Assembly: GCA_050950505.1 (NCBI GenBank)
Contig: JBMNHS010000001.1
Span: forward strand, 224,001 to 288,000
Direction: 5' to 3'
DNA: 64,000 nucleotides
From: Candidatus Methanomethylophilaceae archaeon
GTDB lineage: Archaea > Thermoplasmatota > Thermoplasmata > Methanomassiliicoccales > Methanomethylophilaceae
Part shown: piece by piece, positions 51,813-60,648 of the stretch
How the letters are laid out: each line of letters opens with the position of its first letter
Numbering within the stretch: position 1 is the stretch's first letter
Notes under the pieces: model-generated
What the model was told of the DNA's origin: nothing
What the model saw: the letters and a program-made list of their open reading frames with translations, nothing else
Databases searched by the model: none
Position numbers and translations under genes: made by a program

Positions 51813-52331
51813 TCACAAGTCCTCGGATACGACCATCCGGGCTTTTCTGAAACTCCCGTCATCGTTCACGAACACCGACATTGTCTGTTCCGAGGGATCC
51901 AAAACCGCGGAGAATCCGGTTTTTTCACCGAATATGTTTTTGTGGGTTTTCATGTCCGTGTCCGACATGTAACAGCCGAATCCGGGGTGGGAATGGTACC
52001 ATCCCACCACGGTTCTGCATTTGTTCTCATCCATGGATGAGAACAAATCCTCCAAAGCCTTCGGATCGAACCTTACGCTTGTGTCCGTAGCCACGAGTCC
52101 CGAGGTGGCGGTGCCTTCCGCCACCGCGTATTCCCCTTCGCCGTCCACGTAAACCTTGCCCATCAGGAGTCCCATGACTTCTTTGTTGTCCCCGTACCCC
52201 AAATCGGCATGGAAAGCCATTTTGGAAATCACGCTTTCTCCCATGAACAGTTCCGCTCCGGGAACGCCGCGGTTCCTGAATTCTTTGACTCCCTCTTCCG
52301 AGGATATTATTTTAGGCATCTGTACCGCCAT
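51813..52331 (-). CDS. JAB/MPN+ metalloisopeptidase (Rpn11/CSN5-like)
   Basis: EVMGLLMG and VVGWYHSHPGFGCYMSDTD JAMM motif. Confidence 0.9.
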   Translation of the reverse strand: MAVQMPKIISSEEGVKEFRNRGVPGAELFMGESVISKMAFHADLGYGDNKEVMGLLMGKVYVDGEGEYAVAEGTATSGLVATDTSVRFDPKALEDLFSSMDENKCRTVVGWYHSHPGFGCYMSDTDMKTHKNIFGEKTGFSAVLDPSEQTMSVFVNDDGSFRKARMVVSEDL

Positions 52332-52803
52332 AGCTTACCTTCGCCGAGAATTTAGGTTTATTGGAAGAATACCATTCCGCCGCCGCGACGCAGGACTCCG
52401 TCCCGTAAGGATTCATGGGGTTCGGGGCGGAGATGAGATTTTCGATTCCGATGATGAACGAAATGAGATTGGAACCGAAATTCCAATTCTCGGATATTTT
52501 CAAACATACCAAGCCCCCGTCTTCGGGCATCATGATGTTCGGATGAAATATCTCGGTTCTCCAGTTTACTCTGGGTCTTTCGTAAGGATATTCGTCGGAT
52601 ATCACCAGATCGAAACGGTGGCGGTCCGTTTCTTTATCTCTTGTTGCTTTTGCGGGAAGGTTGAAAAGACATACGCTCAGGATTATTGGAAACCCCGCAT
52701 CTTCCGGTATTGAGTCCAATCCCGTGTCGAAGTAATCGTTGAGTGTTTCAATTTCGTTGTTTAGTCTTTTCATCAGAAGAGGTTTCGCCAATCCCATGGT
52801 CAT
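52312..52803 (-). CDS. Ubiquitin-conjugating enzyme E2 (UBC-like)
   Basis: KRLNNE, YPYERP, IFHPNI, GLVCL catalytic Cys, W...LISFI, PNPMNP. Confidence 0.9.
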   Translation of the reverse strand: MTMGLAKPLLMKRLNNEIETLNDYFDTGLDSIPEDAGFPIILSVCLFNLPAKATRDKETDRHRFDLVISDEYPYERPRVNWRTEIFHPNIMMPEDGGLVCLKISENWNFGSNLISFIIGIENLISAPNPMNPYGTESCVAAAEWYSSNKPKFSAKVSYGGTDA

Positions 52804-53039
52804 CCGCCTTCCGGGTCCGGAATTATTTCAACCACGTCCCCGTCGCAGAGATTCATTTCCTCAACGGTTCTGGACCCCGGCAGAAGTTTCGTTCCTTTCT
52901 TGAGAACGAAGGCTTCGGCGCCTTCCCCCCAGTAACTTGTGGCGATTTCGATGATTTCCGCCATTTTTTCATGAGGTTCGAGTTCCATTCTCAACGAAGA
53001 TTTCGTTATCATGTTAACAACTGTGATTTTTACCGTCAT
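52800..53039 (-). CDS. Ubiquitin-like (beta-grasp) protein with C-terminal diglycine
   Basis: 79 aa ending PDPEGG-stop; TVEEMNLCDGDVVEII resembles the ubiquitin C-terminal strand. Confidence 0.85.
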   Translation of the reverse strand: MTVKITVVNMITKSSLRMELEPHEKMAEIIEIATSYWGEGAEAFVLKKGTKLLPGSRTVEEMNLCDGDVVEIIPDPEGG

Positions 53040-53040
53040 T

Positions 53041-53796
53041 TCAATCCCACCTGTAATTGGGACACGCTTCGTCCATGTCCAGGGAAACCGTGTCCATGGT
53101 TCCCCTGACCCCGTCGTAAAAAGTTATGTTTCTGATACAGAGATCTTCTTTCCCCGAAGCTATCTTTTCCGCTTCCCTGACCTGCATCGCCGCGACTATG
53201 GAAGTGGTGGTTATTTCCGCAGGAAGCAGCGGAGGGGCGTTTGCCGAACCGGTGCAGGAGAATCTTGAATTCAGAACCTTGACGTGACTTCCGTTGATTG
53301 CGCAGTTCAGACACGGACCGCCGGGAAGAACGGTCTGAACTTTGCCCCTCATTCCGTCCGTCCCTCCGTCCACATACGGGATTCCGTGGTAAATCGCGTG
53401 GGAATTGGTGTGAAGCCTTGCGGAGATGTTGTCGAGGCAGCCCAGAATCAGATCGTAATCCCAGTCGTCGATTTCCTGGATCTTTGAATTGATTCCTTTC
53501 ACGTTCATGTTCGGGGACTGCCGGTTGGCACGTTCCGCCAGAACATGGGATTTGATCAGACCGCAATCGCATTCCCTGAAAAATACGCAACGGCTGAGAT
53601 TGGAAATTTCCACACGGTCCATGTCCACCACCGTGAGGTCCCGGAAACCGGCAAGGATCATGCATTTCAGGACTTCGTTCCCCAAAGCCCCGGCACCGAC
53701 GACCAGACATTTCAAACGGGAAAAACGGTCCACATCCATCCAGGAAATACGCCTCATGCGGTCGTATCTGTCTTCTTCCGATGTACTCCGCACCAT
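53041..53796 (-). CDS. E1 ubiquitin-like activating enzyme (ThiF/MoeB family)
   Basis: DRYDR, VVGAGALG, VDMDRVEISNLSR, CLDN, PCLNC, FSCT putative catalytic Cys. Confidence 0.9.
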   Translation of the reverse strand: MVRSTSEEDRYDRMRRISWMDVDRFSRLKCLVVGAGALGNEVLKCMILAGFRDLTVVDMDRVEISNLSRCVFFRECDCGLIKSHVLAERANRQSPNMNVKGINSKIQEIDDWDYDLILGCLDNISARLHTNSHAIYHGIPYVDGGTDGMRGKVQTVLPGGPCLNCAINGSHVKVLNSRFSCTGSANAPPLLPAEITTTSIVAAMQVREAEKIASGKEDLCIRNITFYDGVRGTMDTVSLDMDEACPNYRWD

Positions 53797-53870
53797 CGTC
53801 CCGAATATTTGAAAGTGTCAATAAAATATTATCCGTTGATGTTAATATAATTGTATAGGACGGTTCCATA

Positions 53871-54254
53871 TCATGATTGGTCTTGAATCTCCAATATTTT
53901 TTTGAAGCATACGGGAACCTGATGGCAAAGTTCCTGTCCGCAGTAAACCGTAACCGTGCCTTCGGCACGTTTACGGATTGAACTTTCCCAATCCGGGAAT
54001 TCGGAGACGAAATGAATCAGCACCGTCGAATCCCGGGGGAGGGAATCTCCGAGGACGCTTTCCGGATTGTCTTTTTCTCCGATTACAAAAATATTTTCTT
54101 CCGGAAACCTGTTTTTTAGAAATTCATAAAAATCTTCCAGGAGTCTGACCTGCCCCATTCTTCTTTTTCCGGTCATCATCGCTCCGTCCCCGGAGCCCGC
54201 AAAGGATTCCATTCTCTGTTCGGAAAGAACGTCCGTTTCCGGAACACAGTTCAT
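53871..54254 (-). CDS. Hypothetical protein
   Basis: 127-aa ORF overlapping the stop of the upstream gene; start uncertain. Confidence 0.5.
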   Translation of the reverse strand: MNCVPETDVLSEQRMESFAGSGDGAMMTGKRRMGQVRLLEDFYEFLKNRFPEENIFVIGEKDNPESVLGDSLPRDSTVLIHFVSEFPDWESSIRKRAEGTVTVYCGQELCHQVPVCFKKILEIQDQS

Positions 54255-54568
54255 TTTATCTCGATGATAACGTCGGCTTTCAGGCCCATGCCCGATGCGA
54301 CTTCTATGGCTTTCATGAAAGCACAGGGAACCGGACAGGCCGTATGGTTGATTATATCGTCCGCCGCACGGTATACTTCGGATTCGGAAAACTTCACGCA
54401 GATGTTCTGAAAGGGATCCACCGACCCCAAAGTTTCCGCCAGTCTCGTGATGTCCGCACAGTCGCTTTCGACGTCGAAGACCACCCGCATGTCGTCGTTC
54501 ATTGTTGCCTTTATTTTGGTTTTCAGTTTACATACTCCGGGCTGTATGTCAATGTTGCATTCACTCAT
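54251..54568 (-). CDS. Small Cys-rich conserved protein (DUF6951-like)
   Basis: PGVC, SDC, HTACPVPCA, KAIEVASG. Confidence 0.7.
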   Translation of the reverse strand: MSECNIDIQPGVCKLKTKIKATMNDDMRVVFDVESDCADITRLAETLGSVDPFQNICVKFSESEVYRAADDIINHTACPVPCAFMKAIEVASGMGLKADVIIEIK

Positions 54569-54639
54569 GATCGGTCACTCTCTATGATGTCAACACTAAA
54601 CGGCGTTCATATGATTTATTCTTTTCAGGAAAATCCAAG

Positions 54640-54712
54640 TGGGGCTGCCCGGATTTGAACCGGGGTCAATGGCTCCCAAAGCCACAAGTATGCCAAGCTA
54701 ACCCACAGCCCC
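54640..54712 (-). tRNA. tRNA-Pro(TGG)
   Basis: GGGGCTG acceptor stem, GTGGC-TTTGGGA-GCCAT anticodon arm, GGTTCAAATCC; CCA not encoded. Confidence 0.93.
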
Positions 54713-54811
54713 CTCGGGGTGAAGACCGCTGTTCGGTTAATAATCATATCGTCGATGCTACATATTTTGTGAAATTGTTACCATATGCTTTTAACCATAT
54801 AACGAGATAAT

Positions 54812-55510
54812 GTGGAAGGGGGTTTTATTCTGAGATATACCATAACAGGAGATAATCTGCAGTTTGTGAACATTGAGTTGCAGCAAGGTGAAGAAATCTG
54901 TACCATCCCCGGCAGCATGAAGTATATGAGTGGCAACACCCGTATGACCACAGGCATGGATGGCGGTCTCGTCAAGGGTCTTAGAAGATCCCTGTCGGGA
55001 GCCACATTTTTCCTGGTCCGGTTCGGAGTTGACAGCGGTTCGGGGGTTGTCGGTCTCGGCGGAAACGTTCCGGGCAAGATCATCGATCTGCAAATAACTC
55101 CGGGAAAGAACTGGATTATGGAAAAATCCGCATATCTGGCTTCGCAGCCCGGGGTGAGCGTCGACATGACGTTCCAAAAGAAATTGGGCAGCGTGCTGTT
55201 CGGCGGAGAGGGTCTGATTCTTCAGAAACTCAGCGGAAACGGTGTGGCCTGGGGCAACGCCTGCGGCGACTTCAACGTGATCGATCTGGCACCGGGGGAA
55301 ATGTACAAAGTGTCCACGGCGAACGCCGTGGGATGGGAGGAATCCGTGAGTTACGACATCACCTCCATCGGAGGGTTCAAGAACGTCATGTTCGGAGGCG
55401 AAGGGATGTTCGTGACCACGCTGACCGGTCCGGGCAAAGTCATAATTCAGTCCATGACCCTGGGCGAGCTGGCGGGATCTCTCATACCGTATCTGCCCTC
55501 GTCGAAGTGA
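54812..55510 (+). CDS. AIM24/TIGR00266 family protein
   Basis: YTITGDNLQ, FGGEGL, FGGEGMF, GPGKVIIQS. Confidence 0.85.
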   Translation: MEGGFILRYTITGDNLQFVNIELQQGEEICTIPGSMKYMSGNTRMTTGMDGGLVKGLRRSLSGATFFLVRFGVDSGSGVVGLGGNVPGKIIDLQITPGKNWIMEKSAYLASQPGVSVDMTFQKKLGSVLFGGEGLILQKLSGNGVAWGNACGDFNVIDLAPGEMYKVSTANAVGWEESVSYDITSIGGFKNVMFGGEGMFVTTLTGPGKVIIQSMTLGELAGSLIPYLPSSK

Positions 55511-55527
55511 AAGTGAGGTGAAAAAAC

Positions 55528-55845
55528 ATGAATGACATGAATAGGGAAAAGACCTGGCCGTCGGCGATAATGTTCCTGTTGCTGGCCATAGGCATCATAA
55601 TCCTGATAGCGGTCGGATTTTACGCTCTGACGCAGCCCGGTGTGCTGGAAGCCACGGTGAAATTGATTCTCATCGTCCTGGTGGCGATTGTCGCAATAGC
55701 AATAATCGTCTACGCGGTTTTGGCTCTCCTTGCGATACCCATGTATGCCTTCAAAGGCACATCGTACCAAACGAACGCTTCGTACGGCCTTGACAAAGTC
55801 GAACCCGTCAAGGAAAAGGGCCTCGAGGAAGACGAAGAGGAGTAA
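55528..55845 (+). CDS. Small two-TM membrane protein
   Basis: GAGGTGA RBS; two hydrophobic segments; acidic tail. Confidence 0.75.
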   Translation: MNDMNREKTWPSAIMFLLLAIGIIILIAVGFYALTQPGVLEATVKLILIVLVAIVAIAIIVYAVLALLAIPMYAFKGTSYQTNASYGLDKVEPVKEKGLEEDEEE

Positions 55846-55854
55846 ACACCAATT

Positions 55855-55876
55855 CCGTTCCGTTCAGACGGAACGG
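55855..55876. terminator. Hairpin between convergent genes
   Basis: CCGTTCCGT-TCAG-ACGGAACGG followed by a T-rich run. Confidence 0.55.
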
Positions 55877-56421
55877 CAACTTTTTAATTTTTCAACCAGC
55901 AGACGTATCGCGTTTCCTCTGTGGGATACCGCATTCTTTTCGTCCAACGGCAGTTCCGCGAAGGTTCTCTTTCCGTCATGGGTGAAAATCGGATCGTATC
56001 CGAAACCTTCTGAACCCGCTTCCGATTGGGTGATGGATCCTTCGCAGACTCCGGTCACGATTATTGTTTCTCCGTTCACGTCGCATCCTATGCAGGTCCT
56101 GAATTCCGCTTTGCGGTTTTCTTCGCCTTCCAGTAATTTCAGTATTCCCGGGTTTCCGATGGTTTTCTGAACGTAAGCGGACCAGACTCCGGGGAATCCT
56201 TTCAGGGATTCTATGAACAGCCCCGTGTCGTCAATGATGAAATCCGAAAGTCCTTCGGATCTCAGGGCCTCCATTCCTTTAAGCACCACTTCCCGGAGTT
56301 CGGAAGACTGCACTTCGTCGTATCCGACGGTGCAGTGTTCGATTTCGATATCCAGATGTTTCAGCCCTTCCCTGAATTCTTCGGCTTTTCCGAGATTGGA
56401 GGTTATGATTTTAAGTTTCAT
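55864..56421 (-). CDS. rdgB: Non-canonical purine NTP pyrophosphatase (RdgB/HAM1)
   Basis: TSNLGK, DDTGL, GFPG, FGYDPIF, EKNAVSHRG; start MKLKII at 56421. Confidence 0.92.
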   Translation of the reverse strand: MKLKIITSNLGKAEEFREGLKHLDIEIEHCTVGYDEVQSSELREVVLKGMEALRSEGLSDFIIDDTGLFIESLKGFPGVWSAYVQKTIGNPGILKLLEGEENRKAEFRTCIGCDVNGETIIVTGVCEGSITQSEAGSEGFGYDPIFTHDGKRTFAELPLDEKNAVSHRGNAIRLLVEKLKSCRSV

Positions 56422-57035
56422 GTGTATCTCGCCCTGTTTCTGATTTCTTCGGTTTTCCTGAGGACGGCGTCCGCATCCGTCTTGTGTTTTACGTATTCTT
56501 CCATTACCGTTACGAATCCGTTCGCGATTCCGGAATGGGCCGATGCCAAGGCTCTCTCCAGAAGACGTATGTCCACGCCCATCTCTTCGATTCCCGCTTT
56601 GGGATTTCCCAACGACATGTCGGTCACGCACAGTTTGCCGTCATCGCCCAAGATCATGTTCGAAGTGGTCAGATCCCCGTGGGATATGCCCCGGTTGTGC
56701 AGATCCGCCAAAACCCTTCCTATCAAAGGACATATTTCCTCCGCCGAAGACGGGTCGGAATCCAGAATCTCCTTGACGGTGGAACCTTCGATGAATTCCA
56801 TGGTTATGCTGTATTCCGACATGTCCACGTCATAAATCACGGGAGTTCTCACGGTGTCGGAACGCGCTTGTCTCATTATCCTGACTTCATTCCTGGTTCT
56901 GACCGAACGTATCCTTTCATCAAGGACCGGATGTCGGTATTTCTTCGGAACCCTGGTTTTCTTTACCGCTTTCCTGCCGAGGAATTCCGAAACCGTGACA
57001 ACGGCTTCCGCCCCGACGGCAATGGGCTTTTCCAT
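56418..57035 (-). CDS. bud32: KEOPS kinase Bud32
   Basis: GAEA, KTRVPKKYRHPVLD, HGDLTTSN, RARY C-terminus. Confidence 0.92.
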   Translation of the reverse strand: MEKPIAVGAEAVVTVSEFLGRKAVKKTRVPKKYRHPVLDERIRSVRTRNEVRIMRQARSDTVRTPVIYDVDMSEYSITMEFIEGSTVKEILDSDPSSAEEICPLIGRVLADLHNRGISHGDLTTSNMILGDDGKLCVTDMSLGNPKAGIEEMGVDIRLLERALASAHSGIANGFVTVMEEYVKHKTDADAVLRKTEEIRNRARYT

Positions 57036-57096
57036 GTTCCGTCATGTCTCAGGTTCCCTATATAATTAATAGAACACAGAGTTATACAAAACCGAC

Positions 57097-57771
57097 ATGA
57101 GGTATGTGATAAGCGGGGACAATCTCCAAATGGCCAACATAACGCTCAGCGAGGGCGAAGCCGTGGAAGTCATCGCGGACTCCGTGGCCTACACCGTGGG
57201 AAAGTTCGACATCAAAGCGTCCAAAGGTTTCATCAGCGGTCTCAAAAGAGCGATTACCGGGGAAGGTCTGGAAACCGTTACGTACAGTCCAAGTAAAGGC
57301 GTGGCCGCTCTGGGCGTCGGGGGAACTCTTCCGGGAAGAATCATGGATGTTGAACTGAACCGCACGGATTGGATTGCGCAGAAGGATTCTTTTTTGGCGA
57401 TGCAGCCCACCATCACGGTGAAAATCGAATTTCAGAAGAAACTCGGAGATGCTTTCGGAAACGAATCCTTCACTTTGCTGAGACTCGGCGGAAAGGGCAT
57501 GGCTTTTCTTTTCGCCCTCGGGGACTTTATCATATTTCCGTTGGACAAAGGGGATTCTTACGAAGTTTCCACCGACCGGGCGGTCGCCTGGGAATCCACG
57601 GTGAAATACAAAATCGAACCCAAAAAGGAAATGAAAAGCGGATTTTTCGATAAAGACCTGCCTTACGTCACGAAATTCGAAGGTCCGGGAAGAATCGTGA
57701 TGCAGACCATGTCTCTGCTGAGGGTTCACAGTATGTTGTCCCCTTATATCGAGGCCGAAGACAGCAAGTGA
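57097..57771 (+). CDS. AIM24 family protein (paralog)
   Basis: MRYVISGDNLQ, GPGRIVMQT; similar to 54812..55510. Confidence 0.82.
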   Translation: MRYVISGDNLQMANITLSEGEAVEVIADSVAYTVGKFDIKASKGFISGLKRAITGEGLETVTYSPSKGVAALGVGGTLPGRIMDVELNRTDWIAQKDSFLAMQPTITVKIEFQKKLGDAFGNESFTLLRLGGKGMAFLFALGDFIIFPLDKGDSYEVSTDRAVAWESTVKYKIEPKKEMKSGFFDKDLPYVTKFEGPGRIVMQTMSLLRVHSMLSPYIEAEDSK

Positions 57772-57810
57772 TTGAGAAACGATTTATAACCCTCATACAT
57801 TCAAAACAGT

Positions 57811-58473
57811 GTGAAGCGGATACCTTTGGGAAGCGGCGCGTTGGACGAACTTCTGGGCGGCGGCGTGGAGTCGGGCAGTCTCACTCTTTTGTACGGAGAA
57901 GCGGGAAGCGGAAAAACCAACATGTGCCTGCAGGCCGCACGGAACGTGCTGGAAACCGGAAAGAAGGTCGCTTTGATAGACTGCGAAGGAGTCTCTTACG
58001 AACGGGTGAACCAAATATTCGGCGATCGGGAAGACCTTCTCAAAAATCTCCTGGTGTTCCAAGTGCACAGTTTTGAGGAACAGGGGGACAGGGTCGGAAA
58101 GGTTGCCCGCATGGCCGAAACCCGGGGGGAACTGGGATTGATAATCGTGGACTCCCTGACGGTGTTTTACCGTCTGAACCTGGACGATCATCTGGCCAGA
58201 AACGATTTCATAAGACAGATAGACACCCTCACGGAAACCGCGAGGAAAATGGATCTGCCGGTGATAGTCACGTCACAGGTTTATGCAAACATAAACATGG
58301 GCGGGATAGAGTTCATCGGCGGACATGTTTTGAGGCATAACGCGAAGACCATCCTCAAACTGGAACCGAGAGGAAAAGGCGTCCGTTCGGCGGTAATAAT
58401 GAAGCACAGAAGCCTTCCCGAGGGCAGAAACGCCATGTACAGAATCACGGATGCCGGAGTTACCGACATTTGA
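57811..58473 (+). CDS. radB: DNA repair protein RadB
   Basis: LDELLGGG, GEAGSGKT, IVDS, KHRS motif. Confidence 0.92.
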   Translation: MKRIPLGSGALDELLGGGVESGSLTLLYGEAGSGKTNMCLQAARNVLETGKKVALIDCEGVSYERVNQIFGDREDLLKNLLVFQVHSFEEQGDRVGKVARMAETRGELGLIIVDSLTVFYRLNLDDHLARNDFIRQIDTLTETARKMDLPVIVTSQVYANINMGGIEFIGGHVLRHNAKTILKLEPRGKGVRSAVIMKHRSLPEGRNAMYRITDAGVTDI

Positions 58474-58569
58474 GTGTGTTTTTCGTCATTCCGATTGCGT
58501 TTTCCCACGGTTTATATAGTTAAATTTTGTTTACCGCAGTATCACTACGAATTTAGTAGGAGTAACTTT

Positions 58570-58992
58570 ATGGTCGACAACCTGGACAAACTCATAATTG
58601 AAATGCTCAAAAAAGATTCAAGACGCCCGTTCGTTGAAATAGCCAGTAATTTGGGCGTGTCCGAAGGAACCATCAGAAGCAGAGTGCACAGAATGACGGA
58701 AATGGGAATCATCCGCGGATTCACGATAAAGACCAGTTCCAAGAACGTCAAGGCGCTCGTAGAAATACGCGTAAACGTGAACACGGATACGGAAAAGATT
58801 GCCAAGGAACTTGCGGAATACGACGGAGTCACCGAAGTTTTCGAAGTGACCGGAGATCAGGACATTATTGCCATAGTCGACGTGGACTCGTCCCAGAAAC
58901 TGAATGACATAATAGAGAAGGTCAGAAGATACGACAATACTCTGAGCACAAGAACTAAATTGATATTGAAGGAACACTTTGGAGGGGCTTGA
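58570..58992 (+). CDS. Lrp/AsnC transcriptional regulator heading the lysine operon (LysM-like)
   Basis: DSRRPFVEIA...GVSEGTIRSRV, EVTGDQD. Confidence 0.88.
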   Translation: MVDNLDKLIIEMLKKDSRRPFVEIASNLGVSEGTIRSRVHRMTEMGIIRGFTIKTSSKNVKALVEIRVNVNTDTEKIAKELAEYDGVTEVFEVTGDQDIIAIVDVDSSQKLNDIIEKVRRYDNTLSTRTKLILKEHFGGA

Positions 58993-58993
58993 A

Positions 58994-59863
58994 ATGTTTG
59001 CAGGATGCTCCACGGCGCTGATTACGCCTTTCAAAGACGACGGTACGGTTGACGAAGAAACTTTTAGACGGCTGATAGACTTCCAGGAAGAAAACGGAGT
59101 GGATACCATTGTACCCTGCGGTTCCACCGGGGAGTCCGCGACTCTGAGTGCCGAAGAACATGTCAAAGTCATCGGAATCGCCGTGGATCAGGTAAAACGC
59201 GCCAAAGTTCTTGCCGGGGCGGGCAGCAATTCCACCGCCGAAGCCATTTCTTTCAGCAAACACGCGGAGGACATGGGAGCCGACGGTGTGCTTTCCATTT
59301 CGCCTTATTACAACAAACCCACTCAGGAAGGGATTTACCTTCATTACAAATCCATAGCGGAAGCGACGGAAATACCGATTGTGGTGTACAACGTCCCGGG
59401 AAGGACCGGATCGAACATCACCTCCGAGACCATGCTCCGCATGGCCGAAATACCCGGAATCGCCGCCGTGAAGGAGGCCAGCGGAAACATATCCCAGGTT
59501 CAGAGAATCCTTGCGGGAAGACCCAGGGGGTTCGAAGTGATCAGCGGTGACGATGCGCTTACCTATCCCATCATGGCGATGGGGGGCGACGGAGTGATAT
59601 CCGTGACCGGCAACTGTTGTCCCGCACGCATGAGCAAAATGGTTCATCTTATGCAGGAAAGCAAATTTTCGGAAGCATTGGAGATCTGCAACGAACTGGT
59701 GCCGCTGTTCAACGCACTGTTCTCGGAACCCAATCCCATTCCCATAAAATATGCGATGAAGGAACTGGGTTTCGGAAACGGAGTTCCGAGGTTGCCCCTT
59801 ACGCCGTTGAGCGAAGCGGGACGGAAAACTCTTGCCCCGATTCTTAAAGAATTGGGTCTGTGA
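58994..59863 (+). CDS. dapA: 4-hydroxy-tetrahydrodipicolinate synthase
   Basis: GSTGES, SPYYNKP, YNVPGRTG, KEASG. Confidence 0.95.
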   Translation: MFAGCSTALITPFKDDGTVDEETFRRLIDFQEENGVDTIVPCGSTGESATLSAEEHVKVIGIAVDQVKRAKVLAGAGSNSTAEAISFSKHAEDMGADGVLSISPYYNKPTQEGIYLHYKSIAEATEIPIVVYNVPGRTGSNITSETMLRMAEIPGIAAVKEASGNISQVQRILAGRPRGFEVISGDDALTYPIMAMGGDGVISVTGNCCPARMSKMVHLMQESKFSEALEICNELVPLFNALFSEPNPIPIKYAMKELGFGNGVPRLPLTPLSEAGRKTLAPILKELGL

Positions 59864-60648
59864 TAGGTATGACGGACGTTGTTGTCGGAGGCGCCTCCGG
59901 CAGACTCGGGAATATGATTTGCCGCCTGATTTCCGAATCCGACGATCTGAATCTCGTCGGTGCGGTGGTTTCAGAGAACGGCGGCAGTCTCGGGAAGGAC
60001 ATATACGGAACAACGGCGACGGGTCCCGACGGATTGTTCGGACTTGCGGAAAATGCCGATGTTTACGTGGATGTCACCACTCCCGGTGCCGCGGCGGAAA
60101 TCGTGGCGGACATTCCGAAAACGGGATGCAACATGATTATCGGAACAACGGCGATACCCGGAGAGGTATTGGAACGGATGGCGGTCAACACCGCCGAATA
60201 CGGCACGTCGTCCCTGGTCACGGCAAGCTTCGCCCCGGGCGTAAACGTGTTCTGGAAACTCTGCGAAACCCTCGCAAAATATCTTCCGGACTACGACACG
60301 GAAATAATCGAATACCACCACCGGGGAAAAATTGACTCTCCTTCTGGAACGTCGATTGAAACCGCAAAGCGGCTGACCCTGTCTTCGGGCGGAAAAGAGA
60401 TTCTTTACGGAAGAGAGGGCGAAGTCGGTGCCAGAGGCAAAGAAATAGGAATACATTCGATAAGGGCGGGAGACATCGTCGGAGATCACACGGTGTGCTT
60501 CGCCAAAAATTCGGAACTCATCGAACTGACACACAGAACGGACTCCCGCGAGGTCTTTGCACAGGGGTGTCTGAGTTCCGTACGCTGGATCGCGGACAAG
60601 AAAGACGGAAAGGTACACAACATGGAAGAGGTGTTAGGAATATGCTGA
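59860..60648 (+). CDS. dapB: 4-hydroxy-tetrahydrodipicolinate reductase
   Basis: GASGRLG, IGTT, EYHHRGKIDSPSGT, RAGDIVGDH. Confidence 0.93.
   Translation: MIGMTDVVVGGASGRLGNMICRLISESDDLNLVGAVVSENGGSLGKDIYGTTATGPDGLFGLAENADVYVDVTTPGAAAEIVADIPKTGCNMIIGTTAIPGEVLERMAVNTAEYGTSSLVTASFAPGVNVFWKLCETLAKYLPDYDTEIIEYHHRGKIDSPSGTSIETAKRLTLSSGGKEILYGREGEVGARGKEIGIHSIRAGDIVGDHTVCFAKNSELIELTHRTDSREVFAQGCLSSVRWIADKKDGKVHNMEEVLGIC

Noticed and set aside
52800-53796. ThiS/ThiF or MoaD/MoeB sulfur-carrier pair
   Set aside because: Not favoured: the genes are coupled to an E2 with HPN/Cys and a JAMM protease, and no thiamine or molybdopterin synthesis genes are adjacent.
53036-53968. 310-aa minus-strand ORF overlapping E1
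   Set aside because: Alternative frame of the E1 gene with no recognisable motifs.
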